A stretch of 32,073 nucleotides of DNA from Octopus bimaculoides. Lineage: Eukaryota. This document shows positions 1-10,953 of this stretch, piece after piece (position 1 is the stretch's first letter; each line of letters opens with the position of its first letter). The translations under genes and the position numbers were made by a program. Below the pieces are notes generated by a model, which was given only the letters and a program-made list of their open reading frames with translations, was not told the DNA's origin and ran no database searches. The DNA lies in contig NC_068981.1 in assembly GCF_001194135.2 (NCBI RefSeq), forward strand, positions 30,516,176 to 30,548,248. Direction: 5' to 3'.

Positions 1-242
1 TTAACGTATCCATGCATGGTCTTCTGCTGGAATGCATTCATCCTCTCCTCTGATGTTATGTTACGGTAGAGTCTTGCAATTTCTTTGGGTAAGAGTTCAG
101 GGTTGTCGAATAGGGAATGCTTGTCAAGTAGTTGCCTTCCCAATCTCATGATGGTATTTACCTTATGTCTGCAGACTTCATCAAGGGGTGCACTTCGACA
201 CTTGGTGGTTATGAGATGATATCGAAGAGATATGACACGACA
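1..242 (-). mobile_element. RLE-type (R4/NeSL-like) non-LTR retrotransposon fragment, post-RT linker region, running off the left edge
   Basis: Stop-free minus frame 242->3 (80 codons, absent from the ORF track): CRVISLRYHLITTKCRSAPLDEVCRHKVNTIMRLGRQLLDKHSLFDNPELLPKEIARLYRNITSEERMNAFQQKTMHGYV. It ends in the K-x-(M/L)-H-G-x motif that precedes the CCHC/RLE domain in these elements. Its 5' end abuts a (TATG)n tract. Confidence 0.7.
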
Positions 243-272
243 TGTATGTATGTATGTATGTATGTATGTACA
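241..272. repeat. (TATG)n tetranucleotide microsatellite
   Basis: catgtatgtatgtatg... read directly. Confidence 0.9.
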
Positions 273-1648
273 TATTTATGCATTTATATTATATATATGA
301 TATCCAAAGATGCTTATATAAAAACGCGCGTTGGTTTTTTGCATTAAATTGTATTATTCTTCGTTCTAGGTAATGATCCTTTTGATATGCTACAGAATTC
401 CTTTAAATTCTTCTAACTGAACTTTAGATTTACTAATTGAACTAGGAGTAAAACCGTAGATGTAAATTCTATTGGAATTTTATGGACTCCTATCAATCAA
501 TATAGTTAGCCAAGTTTGGGTCGGTTGTTAAAAGTCGGCTTCTTTTCGGTGTCTTTGCGTTTAGTGGGGAGAAGAGAAGAAGAATTTAACTTCATTGGCC
601 CCCGCGTTGAAATAGAGTGAGCTCAAACAAAATTACCCATGTGCCATCTAGTAAGGTTGAAGACGGACTTCGGATTAAATTTAAAACTACCTCAAAGAAA
701 AACAAGTGAAAACGAAACCAGCTGCCAATAGCAAGCTGATACCATTTGGTAGTATGTGCTATGAGTTTGTTAATTGCATGAGTTACTTAACTGCGAGCCA
801 GGTTAGACTTCTTATCGTTCTCCGTCCTTTACCTATCGGAACTTCTAGGATGTGACAAGTGGAGAGAGAGAGAGAGAGAGTTCCATACCAGCATCCGGCT
901 AAGACAAACAGAACACGGAATAAAACGACAGAGAATATGAAACTGAACATCTCTCTCTATTTCTGTCTCTATCTCTATTTCACTCTCTCTTTCAAAGTAT
1001 GTATCTATATATGCATGTATGCATGTACACACAAACACTCACACGCATATATATATATATATATATATATATANNNNNNNNNNNNNNNNNNNNNNNNNNN
1101 NNNNNNNNNNNNNNNNNNNNNNNNNNNNNNNNNNNNNNNNNNNNNNNNNNNNNNNNNNNNNNNNNNNNNNNNNNNNNNNNNNNNNNNNNNNNNNNNNNNN
1201 NNNNNNNNNNNNNNNNNNNNNNNNNNNNNNNNNNNNNNNNNNNNNNNNNNNNNNNNNNNNNNNNNNNNNNNNNNNNNNNNNNNNNNNNNNNNNNNNNNNN
1301 NNNNNNNNNNNNNNNNNNNNNNNNNNNNNNNNNNNNNNNNNNNNNNNNNNNNNNNNNNNNNNNNNNNNNNNNNNNNNNNNNNNNNNNNNNNNNNNNNNNN
1401 NNNNNNNNNNNNNNNNNNNNNNNNNNNNNNNNNNNNNNNNNNNNNNNNNNNNNNNNNNNNNNNNNNNNNNNNNNNNNNNNNNNNNNNNNNNNNNNNNNNN
1501 NNNNNNNNNNNNNNNNNNNNNNNNNNNNNNNNNNNNNNNNNNNNNNNNNNNNNNNNNNNNNNNNNNNNNNNNNNNNNNNNNNNNNNNNNNNNNNNNNNTA
1601 TATATATATACATATATATACATACACATACATACATACATACACATA

Positions 1649-2295
1649 TAGGGTGCGATGGGTAAATTGTCGCCATTTTATATTTTCAAGTTCGCGCATG
1701 TGCATTGTTTGTTTTTGATTTTGTGGACTACACAGTATAGTAGGTCAGTTGGGCACCATCCGTGAGAAAAACAGCACCGTAATGGTGATGTTTCTGCCAG
1801 AAATTTGGAAACGACACGCTGTACTGCTTGGCATTCGCGCCGGAAGCTCCAATACGAACATTTCAGAGTGCTTGGGTGTCAATCTGAGGATAGTGCAATC
1901 TGCGGACATGTATCGAGAATGATAAAAATCAAACATCCAGTCAACATCATGGTGTTTAGAGTGATCATTAGTGATGGTGATGGTATGCCTCCATTTATCT
2001 TTCCACACAACCTCAGACTGAACACGGAGGCCTACATCAAGTGCCTAGAGGAGGTAGTGCTGCCCTGGGTCAAGAGAGTGGCTGCTGGAAGACTTTATGT
2101 CGAGCGACAGGACCCTGTACCATGCCACACAAGCAGGAAAACCCAGTCATGGCTGTCAGACAATTTCTGCGACAACATCACACCTAACATCTGGCCACCT
2201 AACTCCTCAGACTGCAATCCCCTTGATTATTATATGTGAGGGCACTGTTGAGCGAGAGAGACCAACAAAAAACTTAATCAAGGCGACCTTCTAGA
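1649..2295 (+). mobile_element. Tc1/mariner DD37D (maT/mori) transposon remnant, internally deleted and 3'-truncated
   Basis: An N-terminal HTH-like frame from ATG 1782 (MVMFLPEIWKRHAVLLGIRAGSSNTNISECLGVNLRIVQ) is joined at about 1900 to the catalytic C-terminus KHPVNIMVF...EEVVLPW...RQD...WPPNSSDCNPLDYY. Exactly 37 residues lie between the QD Asp and the PLD Asp. A frameshift near 2237 leads into GTVERE. The putative left TIR tagggtgcgatgggtaaattgtcgccatt starts at 1649, after a TA. Confidence 0.85.
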
Positions 2296-2443
2296 AGAGT
2301 TGTATATAACACACATTCGCATGCACGCGCGCACACACACACACAAGACACACACACACACACACAGACTCACAGTACACACACATATATAATATAGCAA
2401 AAATTTATCATGTGTTATATAAACGATACTGGTTTTGGATCTA

Positions 2444-2760
2444 CGTCGTGTGACGTCGAGGATTCATTTAGGATTGAGAGAAGGAGAAACAGAATTATTT
2501 GCTCCGGAATTAGTATGGTTGCTGTGAATTCCAGAGAGACGTGTACCCGTAACATAATTCTCAGTCAGAATCAGGGTGGCGTACTTTTCGAATTGGAGAT
2601 AAAAATCTACCCGGCAGATATCTGCTGAGACTCCGCCTACCTAATTTCACTCACAAGGTACTGGTAGATCCAAAATAAAAACAATCCAAGATGTTACGCA
2701 ATCGGATCGAACTCAACACCAGTTGGGTGTGCAGTAAACTTTTTAACTATTCGGTCATAC
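2444..2760 (-). mobile_element. Degenerate SINE with a family-C-like head and a family-B-like body/tail
   Basis: 2444-2580 aligns by eye to 23230-23365 (cgtcg..gacgtcgagg; cagagagacgtgtacccgtaac vs cacagacacgtatacccttaac). 2637-2760 aligns to 31005-31130 (ctacctaatttcactcacaagg vs ctaccaaatccactcacaagg). Confidence 0.55.
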
Positions 2761-2817
2761 AGCATTTATGCCATCAATATATATGTATGCATTCACACAC
2801 ACACACATACGCATACC

Positions 2818-2864
<47 letters not shown>

Positions 2865-4791
2865 NNNNNNNNNNNNNNNNNNNNNNNNNNNNNNNNNNNN
2901 NNNNNNNNNNNNNNNNNNNNNNNNNNNNNNNNNNNNNNNNNNNNNNNNNNNNNNNNNNNNNNNNNNNNNNNNNNNNNNNNNNNNNNNNNNNNNNNNNNNN
3001 NNNNNNNNNNNNNNNNNNNNNNNNNNNNNNNNNNNNNNNNNNNNNNNNNNNNNNNNNNNNNNNNNNNNNNNNNNNNNNNNNNNNNNNNNNNNNNNNNNNN
3101 NNNNNNNNNNNNNNNNNNNNNNNNNNNNNNNNNNNNNNNNNNNNNNNNNNNNNNNNNNNNNNNNNNNNNNNNNNNNNNNNNNNNNNNNNNNNNNNNNNNN
3201 NNNNNNNNNNNNNNNNNNNNNNNNNNNNNNNNNNNNNNNNNNNNNNNNNNNNNNNNNNNNNNNNNNNNNNNNNNNNNNNNNNNNNNNNNNNNNNNNNNNN
3301 NNNNNNNNNNNNNNNNNNNNNNNNNNCATATATATGTATGTACGTACGTACAAATATAAATACATACACATTTATATAATGTGTGAGTATATGTTTGTAC
3401 ACATCTATTCACGTATAGATAATGGAGCGAGTTTGTAAAGCTATTAGTGACAGGATTAATAATTATATTTTCGTTTTTCTTCATTTATGTTTTTGATTTT
3501 TAAATTGCATTATTATCAGTTTTGAAAATTGCCTGTTTTAGACTTCGAAGACAAACTAACAGTGATTCAGACTGATGTATATTTTATATTAGTACAAACA
3601 CACTCAGACACACATACACACACACACACTCGCATACGCGGTCNNNNNNNNNNNNNNNNNNNNNNNNNNNNNNNNNNNNNNNNNNNNNNNNNNNNNNNNN
3701 NNNNNNNNNNNNNNNNNNNNNNNNNNNNNNNNNNNNNNNNNNNNNNNNNNNNNNNNNNNNNNNNNNNNNNNNNNNNNNNNNNNNNNNNNNNNNNNNNNNN
3801 NNNNNNNNNNNNNNNNNNNNNNNNNNNNNNNNNNNNNNNNNNNNNNNNNNNNNNNNNNNNNNNNNNNNNNNNNNNNNNNNNNNNNNNNNNNNNNNNNNNN
3901 NNNNNNNNNNNNNNNNNNNNNNNNNNNNNNNNNNNNNNNNNNNNNNNNNNNNNNNNNNNNNNNNNNNNNNNNNNNNNNNNNNNNNNNNNNNNNNNNNNNN
4001 NNNNNNNNNNNNNNNNNNNNNNNNNNNNNNNNNNNNNNNNNNNNNNNNNNNNNNNNNNNNNNNNNNNNNNNNNNNNNNNNNNNNNNNNNNNNNNNNNNNN
4101 NNNNNNNNNNNNNNNNNNNNNNNNNNNNNNNNNNNNNNNNNNNNNNNNNNNNNNNNNNNNNNNNNNNNNNNNNNNNNNNNNNNNNNNNNNNNNNNNNNNN
4201 NNNNNNNNNNNNNNNNNNNNNNNNNNNNNNNNNNNNNNNNNNNNNNNNNNNNNNNNNNNNNNNNNNNNNNNNNNNNNNNNNNNNNNNNNNNNNNNNNNNN
4301 NNNNNNNNNNNNNNNNNNNNNNNNNNNNNNNNNNNNNNNNNNNNNNNNNNNNNNNNNNNNNNNNNNNNNNNNNNNNNNNNNNNNNNNNNNNNNNNNNNNN
4401 NNNNNNNNNNNNNNNNNNNNNNNNNNNNNNNNNNNNNNNNNNNNNNNNNNNNNNNNNNNNNNNNNNNNNNNNNNNNNNNNNNNNNNNNNNNNNNNNNNNN
4501 NNNNNNNNNNNNNNNNNNNNNNNNNNTATATGTATGTATATATGTATACACACGTACACATACACACACACAAACACACGCACATATATGCACATATATA
4601 TATATTTTTTACACGCATTTATGGTTAAAAATATACTCATTGAGGAATGCTTGTGTTTTGTATATTTTATATTCACCCACCTCTTTCATTTATTTATCTT
4701 GCTATTATACATTTTATTTGTTATATATTTATGTATATATTTCTCGACATATGCAAACAAGCACACACGAACACACAGAGACACACAAAGT

Positions 4792-4830
<39 letters not shown>

Positions 4831-5379
4831 ACACACACACACATATTTGTATAAGTATGTATTTGAATAGCGTGTTTTATGTCCATCATATAAGTTAATA
4901 TATACAAACGGAAGATATAAACTCAGTTTATATAACTTGGAAAACATACAGTGATTCATTCATCCTCTGTTACTCAGAGTATCACTCAGGAACTCCCCCC
5001 TCTCTCTCTCTGGACGCACACACAAGGACGCGCACACACACAGAGAAATACACACAGACTCACACACACAGAAACACATAGTTGCACACACGCACACGAT
5101 GTATATGCTTGCGATATTTCTTACAATGCTTTTCGTGTTATAAACTGTCGGACTAGTTATGTCTCTACGTACAAGAGTAGTTTGTGATTGGTTACGTTGA
5201 TACAGGTGATCGAAATTGTGCCCTGGTAACACTGTGTGTTGAAGATTGAAGCAGCACAAGTTCGTCGCTTTGAAAGAGATTATTTTGAAAGGCTGGCTGC
5301 AACTAGCTTAAGCAGTTTTTAAAAGCCAAATTTAATTAATTTTAAAGTTAGTACATTTGGAGATTTTGGTAGTAGCATA

Positions 5380-5815
5380 AGAGGAACTTTCGTTGGCAAC
5401 TGTGGTTCGAGGTGATGTATTTCGCTTTACTATGTGGAATTATCAGTTATATGACCGGACATACTTTTGGTCTTTTTGGAAAGGATCTCTTCTTCGGCGT
5501 TTCCATGGATAGTTATGAAATTGTTCCACCTCATCACCCCCCCCCCCACAAAAAAAGCAAACCCCGTTGGTACATAGATGATGTATTCGGAAGGTTATGC
5601 TATCTGAATAGCCTCTGAAATAATCTGAATGAAAGGATAAATTTAAGAAGGATCTAACCATTAATTCGATGACCAACTTCCCAGAATAAGATCAAGATTA
5701 AATAAAAGCAAATATTACCCATAGAGAAAACCGAATGAGGTCTCCATTTCCATCCATAAAAATTCCAATCATCAGACAGCCATAATTGCGAACCTGATTT
5801 ATTCTTGAACCTGAA
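5380..5815 (+). mobile_element. Penelope-like reverse transcriptase relic
   Basis: Motifs in the expected order across frameshifts and stops: ELSLAT, GVSMDS (~GVAMGS), KPRWYIDDVF (YxDD), YLNSL, DDQLP, RKP, IHKNSNH, IIANL. This is the Penelope RT domain order. Confidence 0.6.
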
Positions 5816-5989
5816 TAACTTCAATAGCGCTGCTCGTCTTGCTTGGAGCGATCTCTGAAAAACAAAAAATGTTTTATATGGATAGAATCCTCACTCATAA
5901 CGCACTCTAGTAAAACCAGGAAGAGGAAAGGAATCTAGTTTACCACCGCCGGACCTAGTAGTGACCATGAACATAGCCATGAGTTTCCT

Positions 5990-6950
5990 AACTTTAATAA
6001 GCCAAAAGCACAATTAACATAAGCATTTAAGTCCCATAATATTAAAGTTAGTTATTTCTCTATGGACAACATAAGTTTCCTGATCAAATACAATGGCGAA
6101 CATACTCAAGCAGAATCACCATTCCGTAGTCCATCAGTAACTGTTAAAGTGAGTATGGATGTCTACTCAGGAACTCCTGTCTTTATTAAAAGTCTTACAT
6201 CGAGAAACCTTTGCGCCCTACCCCACATATCATTGACAGGAATTATAAGGGAATTATAAGGGTGAGTTGCAAGTACTTTCAAACGTATCTTCCACATTTC
6301 TGAGAGCTCAGAACAGAGAAACATTGTAATTGTTTGCATAATTTGTCTAAAAACTTCGGAACCACTGACTGGTATATCATCCATGGCACATCTCTGAAAG
6401 AACCAGACTGTATGCAAATATAAACTTGATCTAACAGTAAATTTTAAATTTTTAAATTGCAGCCAAAAGTGGAGATTCTTTTAAAATGTCAAAAACAAAC
6501 TCCAAAAGCACGATTTATAAAAAAAAACATTGACTTTAAAAATAGGATTTAGTGAGTCCTAACCACTCTTCAGAGTAATCACACTTACAACAATTCTGAA
6601 TTGCTTTTTTCCTCACTACAAAATAGTGTAAGAGTAGTGAATGCAAATCGTTATAAACGTGATCATACATATGAAACATACAGTGGCCATAACGGTGTAG
6701 TTATTTATTTGAAAGACCTTACTAAGAAGAATGTGATGATGTAAAAACATCCTATTGCTCTCTTAGGCAGGCCGAAAAATAATTGGGAATCGTCTTTCAG
6801 TTCTGTTTCAGGATAATTGTCTGACACCAGAAAAAATATATCGGTCATTCAAAGTATTGGATCTAAGTTGCTATAGATAGCAAAAGTTTATCAAGATATG
6901 GCATTAACAGCTGTTCTGATTTGCAAATATTACATTAATCAACTCTATAA
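5990..6950 (-). mobile_element. Second, more degraded Penelope-like RT relic
   Basis: Minus-strand motifs in order: DKLLLSIAT*IQYF, LNDRYIFSGV, WFFQRCAMDDI, KFLDKL, RFLDV, HTHFNSY, HREITN. Several frameshifts and stops. Confidence 0.5.
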
Positions 6951-7006
6951 TAAATGTAATGGTGTTGGTGTTGGATCACATTCGTTCAACGACAGGATTC
7001 ACTTGT

Positions 7007-7560
7007 TCAGGTCAGGTATGGGGGTATGCGCCGTTGTAGTGCGTCGCTGTATCCACCATTTGTTGATACCTGCAGAAGTCGTCCCTCGTAACAATCAAAT
7101 CAGTGTCCCTGTCAGTTCTCACCTCTGCAAAATACTTCCTGACCAGCACGAACTGCCATCCCAGCCGGATACTCAAAGAAGAGAACACGTGACTCAGTAT
7201 CCAACTCAGGAAATCGAGCAACATGATCAAACACTCTAAGCTGAAGTCCTCGGATCATACTAATAACAGGATGAATCCCAGTCTTTGAGTATAGTCGTTG
7301 GTTGGATAAGAAATCCGACCAATAATCCTGTAAGAAATCCGACCATAATCCTGTAAAGCCTCTGATGCCAAAAAAGATCAGGTTGTTCATAAGGGCTCCG
7401 GACAGTATCCAAGCCACATAATTGTAGATTAAGACACGGTGGACCCGAATCTAGGAGCTCCTGCTCAGAAATCGATCACGCCAAGAAGCCGCTCCAGCCA
7501 TCCTTATATAATGAGCCCACAACTGCACCAGCACGCCCGAGTCATTTTAGGACTTTGGAC
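7007..7560 (-). mobile_element. RTE-clade LINE 3' end
   Basis: LGRAGAVVGSL...WRDRFLSRS...AWILS...WSDFLSNQRL...QLRVFDHVARFPE...YQQMVDTATHYNGAYPHT* follows the typical RTE C-terminus. The stop at 7012-7014 lies in a (CCTGA)2 tail (tcaggtcagg 7007-7016). A 24/23-bp tandem duplication lies at 7307-7353. Confidence 0.85.
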
Positions 7561-7818
7561 TCCGAAAAAAACAAAAACATCATTCTACTTAATATCGACG
7601 GCTATGTAGGTGGGGGAAATATTTAATGCAGAATATCACAAATCTAATTACAAATACTAATATGTTGAGATATGAAGATTAACTCAAGGAATAATATGAT
7701 TGAGGTGTATGTGTTGCGGGTTCGGTTACATTGCACGTTATTTCGATTAAATTATTTTACCCTAGCGTCGGATTGACCAAACAAATTCGTTTTGGCTATA
7801 AGCGCAAGTGCTGAAATC

Positions 7819-7986
7819 GTGGGGTTGGGGACAAGTCGATTACATCGATCCCAGTGCATGATTCATACTTATTTAATCGACCTCGTATGTTGGCCTCGGT
7901 GGAATGGGAACTCAGAACGTAAAGAAGGAAGAAAAACTGCTAAGCATTTTGCCCGGCGTGCTAACGATTCTGCCAGCTCATCGTCT
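7819..7986 (-). mobile_element. SINE family A, older degenerate monomer
   Basis: Head ...cgtgctaacgattctgccagctc, B-box region ggaatgggaactc and gtcgattacatcgat hairpin are present; the aaaggatgaaaggc segment is deleted. Confidence 0.75.
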
Positions 7987-8004
7987 TTGATTGACCACTA
8001 TATT

Positions 8005-8432
8005 CTTTTCTACTCAGGTACTAGGCCCGACATTTTTGGGGAGGGGGCCAGTCGATTAGATCGGCCCCAGTGCGCAATTGGTACTTAATTTATCGACCCC
8101 GAAAGGATGAAAGGCAAGGCCGACTTCAGCGGAATTTGAACTCAGAACGTAAAGACAGATGAAATACTGCTAAACCTTCGGCCCGGCGTGCTAACGTTTC
8201 TTATTTTTTTATTGCTCACAAGGGGCTAAACATAGAGGGGATAAACAAGGACAGACAAAGGGATTAAGTCGATTAAATCGACACCAGTGCGTAACTGGTA
8301 CTTAATTTATCGACCCCGAAAGGGTAAAAGGCAAAGTCGACCTCGGCGGAATTTGAACTCAGAAAGTAACAGCAGACGAAATACCGCTAAGCATTTCGCC
8401 CGGCTTGCTAACGTTTCTCCCAGATCGCCGCA
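8005..8432 (-). mobile_element. SINE family A head-to-tail dimer (full monomer + head-truncated monomer with alternative tail) with target-site duplication
   Basis: Two B-boxes (ggaatttgaactc on +). Junction at 8187-8215. TSD gattgaccactatatt (7989-8004) / gattgaccaatatatt (8436-8451), 15/16 identical. Confidence 0.9.
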
Positions 8433-10115
8433 TTAGATTGACCAATATATTGAAAGTAGAATTTGGTAGACGAATACTATGGGNNNNNNNNNNNNNNNNN
8501 NNNNNNNNNNNNNNNNNNNNNNNNNNNNNNNNNNNNNNNNNNNNNNNNNNNNNNNNNNNNNNNNNNNNNNNNNNNNNNNNNNNNNNNNNNNNNNNNNNNN
8601 NNNNNNNNNNNNNNNNNNNNNNNNNNNNNNNNNNNNNNNNNNNNNNNNNNNNNNNNNNNNNNNNNNNNNNNNNNNNNNNNNNNNNNNNNNNNNNNNNNNN
8701 NNNNNNNNNNNNNNNNNNNNNNNNNNNNNNNNNNNNNNNNNNNNNNNNNNNNNNNNNNNNNNNNNNNNNNNNNNNNNNNNNNNNNNNNNNNNNNNNNNNN
8801 NNNNNNNNNNNNNNNNNNNNNNNNNNNNNNNNNNNNNNNNNNNNNNNNNNNNNNNNNNNNNNNNNNNNNNNNNNNNNNNNNNNNNNNNNNNNNNNNNNNN
8901 NNNNNNNNNNNNNNNNNNNNNNNNNNNNNNNNNNNNNNNNNNNNNNNNNNNNNNNNNNNNNNNNNNNNNNNNNNNNNNNNNNNNNNNNNNNNNNNNNNNN
9001 NNNNNNNNNNNNNNNNNNNNNNNNNNNNNNNNNNNNNNNNNNNNNNNNNNNNNNNNNNNNNNNNNNNNNNNNNNNNNNNNNNNNNNNNNNNNNNNNNNNN
9101 NNNNNNNNNNNNNNNNNNNNNNNNNNNNNNNNNNNNNNNNNNNNNNNNNNNNNNNNNNNNNNNNNNNNNNNNNNNCGTGATTTTAGGCTTTTCCCCAACG
9201 ATAATTGCAACATCAGAACCTCAGTGAAGTGAACTTGCTTCACACGAAAATGAACTTGTTTCAATCAAAAGAGAAAGAAGGAAAGAGAGGGAAGGAGAGA
9301 GAGAGAGAGAGAGAGAGAGAGTCGTGGTTTTGAATCGCTAGGAGCCAACTTCATGCACTACAGCGCTCCCTACTCTTAAAAGTAAGATATTTCAATCTAT
9401 AAAACGAAACCTTAACAAAAGAAAATGCTTCCCTTTGGTTACGTTGTTTTAAATATAAACTAGAAAAATGCTTCTTTTCATTTATACATTCATTCGTTAT
9501 TTTATTTTCAGTTACAGATTATTGAAATGATGCACTTGACGTAAAAATAATTCAATAGTTCACTGAGGCTATTGAGGTAGTTTCTACAGTTTTATGAATT
9601 CTATATATGATACATGAGAACGTTATAACATTACTATAGCTTCATAATCTCCTTAAGCCCCAGTTCAGTCTACATTAAATGATTTTTGGTCACCAGATTG
9701 ATAATCCGAAGCAATCCTTCTTAATGTTATTGTACAACAACCAAAAAGTTTACTAAGTTTCCTTGAAATTTATGCTGTAAGATTTTTAAAGTGTTTTTTT
9801 AAAAATTTTTATCCGAATTAATTATAATTTTCTTTTTTAAATAATATATCAGCGTGAATACCGTTTATTAGCTGCAAGGAAGACATGTGATGCAGGATCG
9901 ATTTTCAGTCGAGCCATTTCACATTATTTATTCTCTGTATCATCAATTTTCAATGGTACTTCACATATAGTCGGCCATGCATGATTTGTTCTCTACATAA
10001 TACTTAAAAATCGAAACTTTTAAAAGCTATGGAACATTTTCATTTGCCATAACATATCAAAGGATGCTCACTGTGTAAATATGTTGCGTTTGCAGTATTT
10101 TGGATACTTAAAGTT

Positions 10116-10242
10116 GGCGAGCTGGCAGAATCGTTAGCATGCCGAGAAAAATACTTAGCAGCATTTCTTCCATCTTTACATTCTGAGTTCAAATTCCTCT
10201 GAGGTCGACGTTTGCCTTTCATTCTTTCGGGGTCGATAAATT
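10116..10242 (+). mobile_element. SINE family A, 3'-truncated
   Basis: ggcgagctggcagaatcgttagc head; B-box gagttcaaattcc 10185-10197; gcctttcattctttcggggtcgataaatt body. Confidence 0.85.
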
Positions 10243-10375
10243 ATATCTAGATTTAAATTTTTCTCCCACGGCTCCGATATAACGTTTGATATTTGTACAA
10301 CCATTGTAGCGAACAAATATAGACACACAAACACACAAATGGTAACTTCATAGACAGCCGCTACAATACCAACAA

Positions 10376-10500
10376 CATCAGCAGCAGCAGCAGCAACAAC
10401 AGCTACCACGATGGCAGCAGCGTGGGTGAACACGCAAACACGGTAAGTTAGAAGAACGGTACAAAAAGTCGGGTTCAAGAGCAGCAGCAGCAGCAGCGGC
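10376..10500. repeat. Interrupted (CAG/CAA)n tracts
   Basis: cagcagcagcagcagcaacaacagc and gcagcagcagcagcagcggc read directly. Confidence 0.75.
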
Positions 10501-10914
10501 AACGGGATAGGAGACGGGGCTGAGTGGAAGGTCATAGTGCTTCTAAGAACAATGAAACACACAATGCCACACACACACGCACACACACACACTTATGTAC
10601 GCACATACACATGTACACGCACACACACACAAACACAGACTCATGCGTATATAAAGATACACATCAGAGAAGAATAGAATGGAATAAGCAGAGCAAGAGC
10701 ACACACGAAGACGGAAAGTGTTGCTGAAGAGGTCACAAATGTGTAACGAAAGATTTCCGGACAATGGACTTGATTTAGAACAAGAACAGTAATAAACGAT
10801 TGAAGAACGAATATACAGAGCGTGTGTTCATTTGGCAAAAACAAATGACCATCCCAAAATACAATAATGTCTGTTTCAACACACGACTTTACATCAGGAA
10901 TCTTGCAACACAAA

Positions 10915-10953
<39 letters not shown>

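Noticed and set aside
370-417. Plus-strand terminal-exon candidates (370-417, 27012-27235, 27814-27869)
   Set aside because: Acceptor-like AGs followed by short frames are expected by chance in AT-rich DNA; there is no recognisable homology and no consistent gene model.
2240-2400. Right TIR of the maT element
   Set aside because: No reverse complement of the left-end sequence was found; the element appears 3'-truncated.
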